DNA from: Myxococcota bacterium
Lineage (GTDB): Bacteria > Myxococcota > XYA12-FULL-58-9 > JABJBS01
NCBI GenBank assembly: GCA_036339465.1
Contig: JAYZAY010000085.1
Coordinates: 85,479 to 149,478, forward strand
DNA length: 64,000 nt
Reading direction: 5' to 3'
Shown: positions 47,363-56,686 of the stretch, in pieces
How the letters are laid out: each line of letters starts with the position of its first letter
Position numbering within the stretch: the stretch's first letter is position 1
The notes under the pieces: generated by a model
Databases searched by the model: none
Told to the model about the DNA's origin: nothing
What the model saw: the letters and a program-made list of their open reading frames with translations, nothing else
Made by a program: the position numbers and the translations under genes

Positions 47363-48712
47363 TTAGAAAGCACTTTTGTAAGCAACGGTTTTAATGGTCG
47401 CAGTGGGAAATTGTTGGGTTAATAGCGGCAAAAGTGCCTTGGCGGGACCCACAATCGTTACTTTCAGTGATTCAGGCGCTAGGTTATTTCTCAGAGCCTC
47501 GTTGATTTCTGGTAGTTGCTGGCTTTGTAGCCTCTGAGTGAGTTCTAGGATGTCGGTAACCGGCAGACCGAGTAGTTCGCATCGTGCAAGCTGTGGAACC
47601 CAGTCGTGGGGGCTACTCAGATGTACGTCTAAATAGTTCATTAAGAAATTCTTGGTGTGGTTGAACTCTTCCATGCGCAAGCCATCGCATTGAAGAGTAC
47701 GAAACATATCCAACTCTAAGGATAGACAATCCACCATTTTGTCCATTTCTGGAGTTGAATTCAGGAGTATGGGTTCCCTGTTATGTGACCGTCTTGAGAA
47801 GGACGCGTTTGCAGAATAAGACCAGCCTCTATTTTCGCGGATTTCTTGAGTAAATCGGCTGGCAAATGTGCCTCCGAAACCGAGTATGCCCAACCACAGA
47901 TTTTCTTGGGTTTGTAGATCCATAGGAGGTAATATTTGACCCACCGCCATTTGTATTTGAGCCTGATTTGGAAAATCGACCAATTGGATATCAAGGTTTT
48001 CGTGGGGGTTGGGGATTGGGGCGTGTGTTTGCTGGTTCTTCGGTGACTCAGGCACCGGCGAGGAGTTTTGAAGTAACTTCCAGAATTCAAGGGCTTCGGG
48101 CACTTGGATGTCACCGACCATGATGGTTGTCGTGCGTAACGGCTTGAGTAGAATCTCAAAGTAATTTCGGCAAATATTGGGTGTGATCTTTGCGATGTCC
48201 TTGATTGTTCCAGGGGCTAATTTTGAAAGAGGGTGCTCGTTACCATATAAGTGTTGTCTCATAAAAATGTCGAGTAGTGCGGCATCATCATCTTGAAGCG
48301 TGTTGAGCAAACCCATTTTTTCGTGTTGGTATAATTCTACTTCTGAGGCCGCAAAGGTTGGGGAGTGTAACGCCTGGGCGATTAGTTCAAAGCTCTTTGC
48401 TGCATTTTTTCGGAGGGTAGTAAGCTTAAGGAGCGAATAGTTTGAGCTGGCATGGACCCTAGTATAGGAACCCAGTGTTTCGAGCTCTTCGAAAAACTGG
48501 GTTCGATTATGTCGGAGATTTCCTCTCAGAAGTAACTCAATGCAGGCACTTAGTTGGCCGCTTTGCTCTAGGGGCTGATGGCATAGGCCAGACGGCACGA
48601 GAATCGAAGTCGCGATTATCGGAACTGTTGAATCCCGAAGGATCAGGAGGTCTCCACTTGAAGAACTGTGCTTATGGAGCTTTAGGGAGGGGCTTAAAGA
48701 AATTTCAAACAT
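47363..48712 (-). CDS. M16B peptidase, non-catalytic subunit
   Basis: No HXXEH; GGTFASRFTQEIRENRGWSY (R/Y pair). Confidence 0.9.
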   Translation of the reverse strand: MFEISLSPSLKLHKHSSSSGDLLILRDSTVPIIATSILVPSGLCHQPLEQSGQLSACIELLLRGNLRHNRTQFFEELETLGSYTRVHASSNYSLLKLTTLRKNAAKSFELIAQALHSPTFAASEVELYQHEKMGLLNTLQDDDAALLDIFMRQHLYGNEHPLSKLAPGTIKDIAKITPNICRNYFEILLKPLRTTTIMVGDIQVPEALEFWKLLQNSSPVPESPKNQQTHAPIPNPHENLDIQLVDFPNQAQIQMAVGQILPPMDLQTQENLWLGILGFGGTFASRFTQEIRENRGWSYSANASFSRRSHNREPILLNSTPEMDKMVDCLSLELDMFRTLQCDGLRMEEFNHTKNFLMNYLDVHLSSPHDWVPQLARCELLGLPVTDILELTQRLQSQQLPEINEALRNNLAPESLKVTIVGPAKALLPLLTQQFPTATIKTVAYKSAF

Positions 48713-48720
48713 CGTTACTT

Positions 48721-50088
48721 TCAGATTCGTTCATGTTGCTTGGGGAGTCCCACGACACTTGTTTGTCGGTGGGGAGCGAGGAGCTTTTTGGCTACCTGGA
48801 CAATCTCTTTGTGCTCTACCTTTGCGAGGCGTTGGGGTAGAGAAAAAGCCTTTCTAAAATCTCCGAAGCCCATTTCGTGGTGGCCTAGAATCTCCGAAAT
48901 CGAATCATTGCCTAAGAAATTGAGGTGAAACTGCATTTCGAGTTGGTTTCGGGCGCGTTCCAAATCTCTTTCTGTGAGCCAGTCTTCTAGGGTGTCTAGA
49001 AGTTCTTGAACGCCTCGAATGAGAGTCTCTGGAGTTTTTCCGGGTGCCATTTGAAAATTAAATTCAAAAATTCCTGTGTCCTCTGAGGGAAGAAGCGAGC
49101 CACCACAGTCAACAGCAAGTTGCTCTTCAAGTACAAACCTTTGGTAGAAGCGACCTGACTCCCCAGAGTTTAGGATTTCATCGAGTAGACGAAGGGCTGC
49201 AAAGTTTTCGTGGGTTTGGGCGACGGCTAGATAGCCAATCGCAACGAGGGGCGAGGTGGTATTGAGCTGAATTGTTTGGTGATGGGCTTTTTGAGGTTCG
49301 CGGGGGGGGGCAATCGGCGTTTTTGTTTGGAGGGATTTGGTTTGAATCTTTCCATAGTGCTGATGCATGATTTGAAGTGTTTCACCCAGATCTAGTGCGC
49401 CGGTGATGATGATAGTCGCGTTTTCAGGGGTGTAGTATGTATTGTAGAAACTGCGGGTGATTTCCTGTGTTAACCCTTTGATGTCTTGTTCTTCGCCGAT
49501 GGTGAGGTTTCCGTACGGATGGGCCCCAAAAACGGCACGGTTCAAAGTGCACAAGAGCTGGCTGTAGGGTTGGTTTTCTACCGAAAGGTAATATTCGTTT
49601 AGAACGACCTCTCGTTCGGCTTCAAAACTCTGGGGTTCGAACATAAGATTGCGCATGCGGTCGGCTTCTAGGGCGCCAATTAACTCCAGGTTGTCAGCTG
49701 ACGAAGCGAGGGTTTGGGTATAATAGGTCCAATCCAGCGAAGTTGCGGCATTGGTTTCAGCGCCTAAGGCTTCTAATCGACGATCTAATTCTCCGGCGGG
49801 GAAGCGCTTTGTGCCTCGAAACATGAGGTGTTCTAGTAGATGAGCGAGGCCCGTTTGGCCGGGATTTTCATGGCGACTGCCAACTCCAAACCAGCTTTGA
49901 TAACAAAAATTGGGGACTCGGAGATCCCTAGCGATTAAGAGCGTTAAGCCATTGTCTAATCTGAATTTGTAAATAGACAATGATTCTGAATGTTTGAGGG
50001 AGTATTGCAGGGCGATGCCGGGGGGCAAACTTCCCGCTAAATCATTTGTTGATGAGTCAGGAGACTCTATGGAATGTGATGTTTTCAT
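48721..50088 (-). CDS. M16B zinc peptidase, catalytic subunit
   Basis: GLAHLLEHLMFRGT, NAATS, EREVVLNE. Confidence 0.95.
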   Translation of the reverse strand: MKTSHSIESPDSSTNDLAGSLPPGIALQYSLKHSESLSIYKFRLDNGLTLLIARDLRVPNFCYQSWFGVGSRHENPGQTGLAHLLEHLMFRGTKRFPAGELDRRLEALGAETNAATSLDWTYYTQTLASSADNLELIGALEADRMRNLMFEPQSFEAEREVVLNEYYLSVENQPYSQLLCTLNRAVFGAHPYGNLTIGEEQDIKGLTQEITRSFYNTYYTPENATIIITGALDLGETLQIMHQHYGKIQTKSLQTKTPIAPPREPQKAHHQTIQLNTTSPLVAIGYLAVAQTHENFAALRLLDEILNSGESGRFYQRFVLEEQLAVDCGGSLLPSEDTGIFEFNFQMAPGKTPETLIRGVQELLDTLEDWLTERDLERARNQLEMQFHLNFLGNDSISEILGHHEMGFGDFRKAFSLPQRLAKVEHKEIVQVAKKLLAPHRQTSVVGLPKQHERI

Positions 50089-50197
50089 CGTGCCGTTTTT
50101 TTTAACCCGATAATGTTCTGTCGTACAGTGTGAACAACGAGACTACCATGCCCATGGGGCATTTAGGCTAGATGGGGCTTTAAAAAGTCTCTATACT

Positions 50198-50316
50198 GGG
50201 GGCAGAAAGCCGATAAACGTTTCGGGCTTTTGCCCGAGATTTGTCGCCTGAGGGGTCCCCCTCCGACTTCCCTAGGTGACGCTTGGAAACGGCGGGCGCG
50301 CACCCGCCGTTTCTTT
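50198..50316 (+). ncRNA. candidate three-stem-loop small RNA with a CCCCUCC loop
   Basis: Three consecutive hairpins after TATACT (50192); the last is terminator-like; no + strand CDS upstream. Confidence 0.6.
50286..50316 (+). terminator. intrinsic terminator-like hairpin
   Basis: Perfect 11-bp stem GAAACGGCGGG-cgcgca-CCCGCCGTTTC followed by TTT. Confidence 0.75.
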
Positions 50317-50385
50317 ATCTTGCCCGATGCATTATAATAGGTTGCCTCCGTCTAGATGCTTGCGATGTCGGATTGTCTGCGATAG

Positions 50386-50778
50386 ATGCCCAGCGATATG
50401 GCGGACGCAAAATTTGTCAATAGAGCACTTCAGATTCACCTTTTGCTTCTCTTTGTTGGGTGTGGAGCGCTCGTGAAATTGCGCCCAGATTGGGCCCTTC
50501 CTGCATTTCTGAGTGGTCTTCTGATGACGATGAACTTAGCCGCTTTTCAGTGGATGATAAAGCGGATGGCGATGGGGCAGTTTTCCGCAGGACGATTACT
50601 GGCGGCCTTTGGATTGAAAATGATTCTGCTTCTCGGAGCGGTTTCTGCTTTGTTGGTTGTATTTGAAGAAACGATTTCAGGGGTCTTGATGGGACTCCTT
50701 ACGTTGGTTATTAGCTTGATGATTTCGGGCTTTGGACAATTGGTTTTCCACAAGCCCCAAGGGGTCGGACAAAGTTAA
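50386..50778 (+). CDS. atpI: ATP synthase protein I
   Basis: Four hydrophobic segments; directly upstream of atpB. Confidence 0.75.
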   Translation: MPSDMADAKFVNRALQIHLLLLFVGCGALVKLRPDWALPAFLSGLLMTMNLAAFQWMIKRMAMGQFSAGRLLAAFGLKMILLLGAVSALLVVFEETISGVLMGLLTLVISLMISGFGQLVFHKPQGVGQS

Positions 50779-50787
50779 TGGAGTGAA

Positions 50788-51588
50788 ATGATGGAACACG
50801 GTGTTTCATGGTTAAGTTTTTTGCCTTTCTATGATGCTCTTGAGCGCGCGTTGCACGGCGTTCAGCTTAAGGGAATGCTGGGGAATCCTGTGGTGGCTCA
50901 GCATGTCGTCGCTGCTCTTCTAGTCGTACTGGTTGTGATGCTCATTTCTATGAAGGCTCGCTCGCAGTTAGCAAAGGCCAGTGACGGCGGGTTGGTGCCT
51001 TCGGAAGGTGTCAATGCCCGAAACTTGTTTGAGGTCTTGTTTGAGGCGCTTTTCTCGCAGATGCACCAAATCATCGGAAAGGATGCGAATCGTTATTTTC
51101 CCGTTATTGCAACTTTGGCGCTCTTTATTTTCTTTTCCAACATATTGGGACTGATACCGGGATTTTTGCCACCAACCGATAACTGGAATACCACTTTTGC
51201 CTGCGGCGGATTCGTTTTCCTCTATTACAATTACCATGGGTTAAGGGTGAATGGGATCGATCATATCATCCATATGGCGAATCCTGCGGGTAATACATTA
51301 GGCTGGTTCTTAGCACCTCTGATGCTTCCCATTGAAATCGTGAGTCATATCGCTCGCCCGTTGTCTCTAGGGATTCGATTGGCAACGAATATGGTTGGCG
51401 ACCACGCGGTCCTCGGGGCTTTTGTGGGGCTGGTTCCTTGGCTTATACCCATTCCATTTTTAGCCCTGGGCCTTTTGGTTTGTTGTATTCAGACCCTGGT
51501 GTTTGTTTTGTTGAGCATGGTTTATATCGGGTTAGCGGTTCAAGAGGCTCATCACGATGATCATCATGGGGCGGAAGCTCACGCCTAA
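50788..51588 (+). CDS. atpB: F0 subunit a
   Basis: NILGLIPG, RPLSLGIRLATNM, IQTLVFVLLSMVYI. Confidence 0.97.
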   Translation: MMEHGVSWLSFLPFYDALERALHGVQLKGMLGNPVVAQHVVAALLVVLVVMLISMKARSQLAKASDGGLVPSEGVNARNLFEVLFEALFSQMHQIIGKDANRYFPVIATLALFIFFSNILGLIPGFLPPTDNWNTTFACGGFVFLYYNYHGLRVNGIDHIIHMANPAGNTLGWFLAPLMLPIEIVSHIARPLSLGIRLATNMVGDHAVLGAFVGLVPWLIPIPFLALGLLVCCIQTLVFVLLSMVYIGLAVQEAHHDDHHGAEAHA

Positions 51589-51717
51589 ATAAGCGAAGCG
51601 ATTAAAAGCAATAAAAAGTGCGTCTAAGTGTTGAGCTCCTAGGGTGAGACAGAGAGAGAGAGAGGCTGCGGAAAACGGGAGCTTCTTGCTTAAACGCCAA
51701 ACAAAAAAGGAAAAACA

Positions 51718-52032
51718 ATGAATTCAGTAGTTAAATTCTTAGGAACACTGGTGGCAGGACTTTTGGTTTGTGGGGTTGCCCAGGCGGCAGAAGGCGCAGC
51801 AAGTGGTGGTTCTTCAATGATGGCTATCGGTCTTGGTCTTGGTATTGGCTTGGCCGTTTTCGGTGGAGCACTGGGCCAGGGTAAAATCGGTTCCGCAGCT
51901 CTTGAAGGAATTGCTCGTAACCCAAGTGCATCAGATAAAGTGTTTGTACCCATGCTGCTGGCCCTCGCCTTTGTTGAATCTTTGGTTCTATTCGGTTGGG
52001 TTTTGATGTTCCTACTGCAAGGCAAGATCTAA
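51718..52032 (+). CDS. atpE: F0 subunit c with N-terminal leader
   Basis: GLGLGIG, EGIARNP, FVESL. Confidence 0.96.
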   Translation: MNSVVKFLGTLVAGLLVCGVAQAAEGAASGGSSMMAIGLGLGIGLAVFGGALGQGKIGSAALEGIARNPSASDKVFVPMLLALAFVESLVLFGWVLMFLLQGKI

Positions 52033-52071
52033 TGCTTGTTTAAGCAACGAGTAAGAGAAGAATGTTGATTT

Positions 52072-52101
52072 AAAGCGGGCTTTTTAAGCCCGCTTTTTTT
52101 T
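52072..52101 (+). terminator. intrinsic terminator of atpIBE
   Basis: AAAGCGGGCTT-ttt-AAGCCCGCTTT plus T tract. Confidence 0.9.
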
Positions 52102-52254
52102 ATTTTGCTATCGGAATCAAGAACTTGCCGGAGTTATCAAATGCTTACTATTCATCAATCATTGGTTGACATCGGCTCAGAACCGACGTAGGCGCCCCGG
52201 CTGACAGGTATTTCAACGCCCTGAAATACCCATAGGCCCGGGGAGGAAAAATAG

Positions 52255-52656
52255 ATGCCACCAAGAAGAACGACGAATTTTGGTGAATTGTTTGAAGCGT
52301 TGGTTGAGGATTTGCGGGTGCGAGTTGCCGCAAGCGTAGAACAACGTCTTGGCGAATTCGATAAAAGATTGTCTCGCCTGGAAAAGAGGGTGGATCAACT
52401 TTCTCCTGAGACTTCGCAACCTGCGGTCGTAGCGCAGAGAAAGACCTGCACTTTATGTGAGCGGCCTGCTGTCGCTCGGGGCCTGTGCTCGGCTCACTAT
52501 CAGCAGTGGCGCTATCGTGAGCGCAAATCTCGCTATCGTCGCCAGGCCCAGATGCGAGAGGCAGAGGGAGCAAAGGAGAGTGGATCTACAACTCAACCTC
52601 CCATGTCCACTCTGATCTTACCCCAGAGTAGGGACGAGATTCTGGATAATAATTAG
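52255..52656 (+). CDS. coiled-coil + C3H zinc-finger basic protein
   Basis: GGAGG RBS; CTLCERPAVARGLCSAHYQQWR. Confidence 0.8.
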   Translation: MPPRRTTNFGELFEALVEDLRVRVAASVEQRLGEFDKRLSRLEKRVDQLSPETSQPAVVAQRKTCTLCERPAVARGLCSAHYQQWRYRERKSRYRRQAQMREAEGAKESGSTTQPPMSTLILPQSRDEILDNN

Positions 52657-52671
52657 AATCTTGGTGGGGTG

Positions 52672-53727
52672 TTAATCTAAGTGTCCGCTTGAATTGGGAT
52701 CCAAGCTCTCGCTGAGTGGGGGGCGTAATTCCTTGCCCGAGGGATTTTTCGTGAGTTCCCTAAGGGCATCGTTTACGGATTTTCCGCCAGAGATGACCTC
52801 ATGAACATTTCGAATGACAGAGGTTTCGACATTGAGTCGAGTGGCTAAATCGAAGGCTGCATGGCTCGTATGAACTCCCTCCACCACTTGTCCGATTTTA
52901 CTTAATGCTTCGGCGGCAGGAAGACCTTCACCCAGTAATTCTCCTAAATAACGATTTCGGGAGAGTTTTCCCGTACACGTGAGTATGAGGTCGCCGACAC
53001 CGGCGAGCCCACCTAAGGTGAGGGGGTTTGCGCCTCTGGCGGTGGCCAAGCGTGTGATTTCCGACAAACCACGGGTCACCAAGCTTGCCCGAGAATTATC
53101 ACCCAGCCCCATTCCGCTCACGACGCCCGCGCCAATGGCTATGACGTTCTTTAAAGCGCCCCCGAACTCAACTCCTACGATGTCTGGGTTTGTGTAGAGT
53201 CGGAAATACGGGCAGAAAAGGCTGGTTGAAATTTCGTCGAGGAGTGTTTGATTTGGCCCTGCAACCACCAATGCCGTGGGCCTTTTTTCTAGGAGTTCCC
53301 GGGCAAAGCTGGGTCCAGAGAGGGCGACAACGCTCGATCTCCATTGGGGCCCGAGGACGTCTAAAGCGACCTCGTGCATGGTGTAAAGCGAATCCTTTTC
53401 TAGCCCTTTGCATGCGAGGATGAGTGGTTTAGGGCTTGAGCAATCCATGAGTTTCAAGTTTTTCCTGAGAGCATGTGATGGCAGGGCTACAATGATCCAG
53501 TCACCAAACGCGCAGGCTTCGTCATAGTCTGTAGATGCTCGAAGGTTTTTGTGAAGTGTTAAATCCGGGAAATATTTTGGGTTTTCGTGCCGGGCATTAA
53601 TACTTTGTGCTATTTCGGGTCTCTGCGACCACATTAAAACCGAGTGGCCGAGGTGAGAACAAACATCAGCGAGGGCTGTTCCGAAACTACCGGCGCCCAG
53701 CACTGAGATATTAGGCTTATGGGTCAT
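52672..53727 (-). CDS. gpsA: NAD(P)H-dependent glycerol-3-phosphate dehydrogenase
   Basis: GAGSFGTALA, SGPSFA, GALKNVIAI, GDLILTC...SRN. Confidence 0.97.
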   Translation of the reverse strand: MTHKPNISVLGAGSFGTALADVCSHLGHSVLMWSQRPEIAQSINARHENPKYFPDLTLHKNLRASTDYDEACAFGDWIIVALPSHALRKNLKLMDCSSPKPLILACKGLEKDSLYTMHEVALDVLGPQWRSSVVALSGPSFARELLEKRPTALVVAGPNQTLLDEISTSLFCPYFRLYTNPDIVGVEFGGALKNVIAIGAGVVSGMGLGDNSRASLVTRGLSEITRLATARGANPLTLGGLAGVGDLILTCTGKLSRNRYLGELLGEGLPAAEALSKIGQVVEGVHTSHAAFDLATRLNVETSVIRNVHEVISGGKSVNDALRELTKNPSGKELRPPLSESLDPNSSGHLD

Positions 53728-53817
53728 AGTCACCTAAGTATTTTCCTTAGGAGGCTTCGTCAATGTTCCTGGTCTCCACCGTTGACATTCGAGAGGCCGA
53801 GATTTAGGCAGGCAGTA

Positions 53818-55080
53818 ATGGATGCACTAAAGATTCTTGGCGGTAATCCGCTCTCTGGAACCATTAACGTATCTGGCTCAAAAAATGCGGCCCTTCCTAT
53901 CATGGCGGCTAGTTTATTGAGTGCCTCGCGGTCCCATTTGACTCGCGTGCCAGATTTGGCCGATGTCCAAACATTGGGCACGGTGTTGGGGGGATTTGGG
54001 GTGAAGGTAGAGGGGGGATGTTCTGAACTTTTCCTGGATGCGACGAATTTAACGTCCCACGAGGCCTCTTATGAATTGGTTCGGACCATGCGTGCTTCGA
54101 TTCTGGTATTGGGGCCACTTTTGGCGAGACTTAAGAAAGCCCGGGTTTCTTTACCCGGAGGGTGTGCCATTGGTGCCCGTCCTATTGACCAACACCTAAA
54201 GGGGCTTACTAAGATGGGGGCTTCAATCAAGTTGGAGCATGGCTATGTAGAGGCGGTGACTGAGCGTCTTGTGGGAGCGGAAATTATCTTTGATTTTCCA
54301 ACCGTGGGGGGAACCGAGAACCTCATGCTGGCCGCATCACTGGCCAAGGGACAAACCGTTTTACGCAACGCTGCCCGTGAACCCGAAATTGTTGATTTGG
54401 CACAAGCACTGCGTTCTATGGGAGCGAAGATCAAGGGCGATGGTACTTCTACCATTGTGATTGATGGGGTAGATGAGCTTGGCCCGTGTGTGCATGAAGT
54501 CGTTGCAGATCGTATTGAGTTCGGTACGTTTCTTGTGGCTGGAGCCATGGCCGGAGATGGTCTGGAGATCGTTGGTGGTAGGGTTGACCATCAAAAAGCC
54601 CTCATTGATAAGTTGATTCAAGCCGGGGCGGAAATAGCTTTCGACAATGCGGTTGGTTCAATCACCCTCTCACAACCTGAAAGACTCAAGGGCATTCACT
54701 TTAAAACTACACCCTACCCAGGATTCCCAACGGATATGCAGGCCCAGGTGATGACGATGCTTTGTTTGGCCAAGGGCACCAGTGTGGTTACAGAGAATAT
54801 ATTCGAAAATCGCTTTATGCATGTGGCAGAACTCAACCGCCTAGGGGCCCAAATAAAGGTCGAAGCGGGTAAAGCCATTGTGGATGGTGTGGCGTCTTTT
54901 TCTGGCACCACGGTTATGGCGACGGACCTACGCGCGAGTGCCTCTCTCATTCTTGCTGGTCTGGTGGCTGAAGGCGTTACGACGATTCGACGCATTTACC
55001 ACCTAGATCGTGGTTATGAACATATAGAGAATAAGCTTCAGGCGGTTGGGGCTCGAATCGAGCGTTTCTTCGAAAAATAA
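53818..55080 (+). CDS. murA: UDP-N-acetylglucosamine 1-carboxyvinyltransferase
   Basis: [20 protein letters not shown] (active-site Cys present), [13 protein letters not shown]. Confidence 0.98.
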   Translation: MDALKILGGNPLSGTINVSGSKNAALPIMAASLLSASRSHLTRVPDLADVQTLGTVLGGFGVKVEGGCSELFLDATNLTSHEASYELVRTMRASILVLGPLLARLKKARVSLPGGCAIGARPIDQHLKGLTKMGASIKLEHGYVEAVTERLVGAEIIFDFPTVGGTENLMLAASLAKGQTVLRNAAREPEIVDLAQALRSMGAKIKGDGTSTIVIDGVDELGPCVHEVVADRIEFGTFLVAGAMAGDGLEIVGGRVDHQKALIDKLIQAGAEIAFDNAVGSITLSQPERLKGIHFKTTPYPGFPTDMQAQVMTMLCLAKGTSVVTENIFENRFMHVAELNRLGAQIKVEAGKAIVDGVASFSGTTVMATDLRASASLILAGLVAEGVTTIRRIYHLDRGYEHIENKLQAVGARIERFFEK

Positions 55081-55093
55081 ACCATTCCATTTT

Positions 55094-55123
55094 GCCGAAC
55101 GTAATCTTTTACTCGGCGGTTTT
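55094..55123 (+). terminator. possible terminator after murA
   Basis: GCCGA..GTAA-tctt-TTAC-TCGGC hairpin followed by GGTTTT. Confidence 0.4.
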
Positions 55124-55261
55124 GTACTTGCGGGTTTTATGGTGACTTGCTGGACATACCACGTTACTTGCCAAGCGTCTTTTTCGGGGTGTAGGTTTTG
55201 GTTGGGAAATTGAAAGCAAACTGATTGGGATTTCGTGAATCGTTGTTGCTGTGAACCTGGG

Positions 55262-56662
55262 TTAGTTTTTTTCTGCAGCTTCGATGGGCTCTAGATAATT
55301 GTCAGGGTTGAGAGAGATGGCGTGAAGTTCGGCGGCATTGGATTGAGCAGCTTTTTTCTCCACGGTGTTGACGGTGAGAAATTTATCCTTACCCGCGAAC
55401 GAAATCAGGTTGAAGATGAGTTCGCCGGTATCGGTTTCCGCCTTGATGCTTATTGCCGGCCTATCTAAGCCGAGTTTTTCCTGGAGTTCAGGTGACCAGG
55501 GTTCTTTGATGAAATTCATTCCTTCGAGTTGCATGATCAAGTAAACAATACCCTCGATACTTGAGCCTTTGGCGCGCTTTTCACCGAGTTTCCACTTCCA
55601 GTGTTCTGAGTTCGGCTCTTTGACTTTTGTGAAGTCCAACGCCTCGTCATTGGCCGATAGAGTTAATCTCTTTACGAGTGTGCGGTCGAAATGAAAGAGC
55701 CTAGCGTCTCGAATGACTTCGTAACGCAGATCGAGTTTCTGGAAAATTCCGTCATCGAAAAGCAGAATCATTTCTTTTGTGGATGGATGTTTCGATATCA
55801 GCAGCATTTTCTTTGTTTTTGTATTAATTTGCCAAATGGGAAATTCTAACGGTTTTTTCGAGACGTCCTTCATGAGAAGGGTCACTTTGATCTGCGGAGG
55901 GCGTTTCAAAAGATTCGTATCAAAAGCGTCATTAGGAAGTGAAAATGCTTTAACCTTTGCATTTTTCATCGCTGCCAGTAGCCCCTCCACTTGTGACTTA
56001 TTGGCTCTTGCTTGTTTTGGCGCGATTAGTTCCGGAGGGTCGCCTTGCTCAATGATGAATTTATCGTGCTTGTTGTCTATCTGAATGGTGTCGATGTCTT
56101 CGGCAGAAAATGAATTCACGATTTTGGAGCGTAGGTCGTAAACGTCTTTGTCAAGTTGATATTCCAAGGAGCTTTGGACCACATACACCTTATTTGAGTC
56201 TTCCGTCTTTACGTAAATAGAGCCATCGAAGGAGTTGCCTTTGCCCAAGAGAAGAAAAACTTTCTTGGCAGATTCTGTTTCGATGATGGCCTTTAGCCTT
56301 GGAGTCTTTAGACCGAAGAGGGCGAGGTCTTTGGAGGCACTTTCAGGTAAAACCGATTTATAACTCAAGTGTTGGAGGGCGTGGATGATGGTGGTGATGA
56401 TATCTTTATCGGCAGGGAAAGCCGGTTTCTGGCCCACGGTCCACCCGTCGGAGATTTTATCGTGGTTCAAATGGATGGACTGATTTTTACGGTTGAGTGT
56501 TATGGATGTTATTTTTTCCGACTGTAGCCGGAGGAATTTTTTTTCGGCTCTTTTATCCACCTTTTCCTGATAGATTTCGTCATCTTGGTGGCGAAGGTAA
56601 ACCAGCGAGACCCCTAGAGCTAAGAAAAGCCCTAAGAGCATAAGGACCCTTGATTTAATCAT
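55262..56662 (-). CDS. DUF4340-like membrane-anchored periplasmic protein
   Basis: N-terminal TM, repeated FGL..P / LLGK..YV / LR.K units; follows the GldG-like gene. Confidence 0.8.
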   Translation of the reverse strand: MIKSRVLMLLGLFLALGVSLVYLRHQDDEIYQEKVDKRAEKKFLRLQSEKITSITLNRKNQSIHLNHDKISDGWTVGQKPAFPADKDIITTIIHALQHLSYKSVLPESASKDLALFGLKTPRLKAIIETESAKKVFLLLGKGNSFDGSIYVKTEDSNKVYVVQSSLEYQLDKDVYDLRSKIVNSFSAEDIDTIQIDNKHDKFIIEQGDPPELIAPKQARANKSQVEGLLAAMKNAKVKAFSLPNDAFDTNLLKRPPQIKVTLLMKDVSKKPLEFPIWQINTKTKKMLLISKHPSTKEMILLFDDGIFQKLDLRYEVIRDARLFHFDRTLVKRLTLSANDEALDFTKVKEPNSEHWKWKLGEKRAKGSSIEGIVYLIMQLEGMNFIKEPWSPELQEKLGLDRPAISIKAETDTGELIFNLISFAGKDKFLTVNTVEKKAAQSNAAELHAISLNPDNYLEPIEAAEKN

Positions 56663-56686
56663 GGTTTGATTCCTTCTTAATCAAAA

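Noticed and set aside
50198..50316. tmRNA, tRNA, SRP or 6S identity for the structured element
   Set aside because: It starts GGGGGC but has no GATTCGA or T-loop/CCA end, no SRP GGAA/AGCAG loop, and no long 6S-like rod
50276..50476. 66-aa ORF as AtpZ
   Set aside because: No hydrophobic AtpZ pattern; it overlaps the terminator hairpin and atpI
51651..51664. (AG)7 run between atpB and atpE
   Set aside because: Short microsatellite with no support for a function
55126..55171. Three ACTTGC hexamers at ~20-nt spacing
   Set aside because: Too short, and located between convergent genes; compatible with chance
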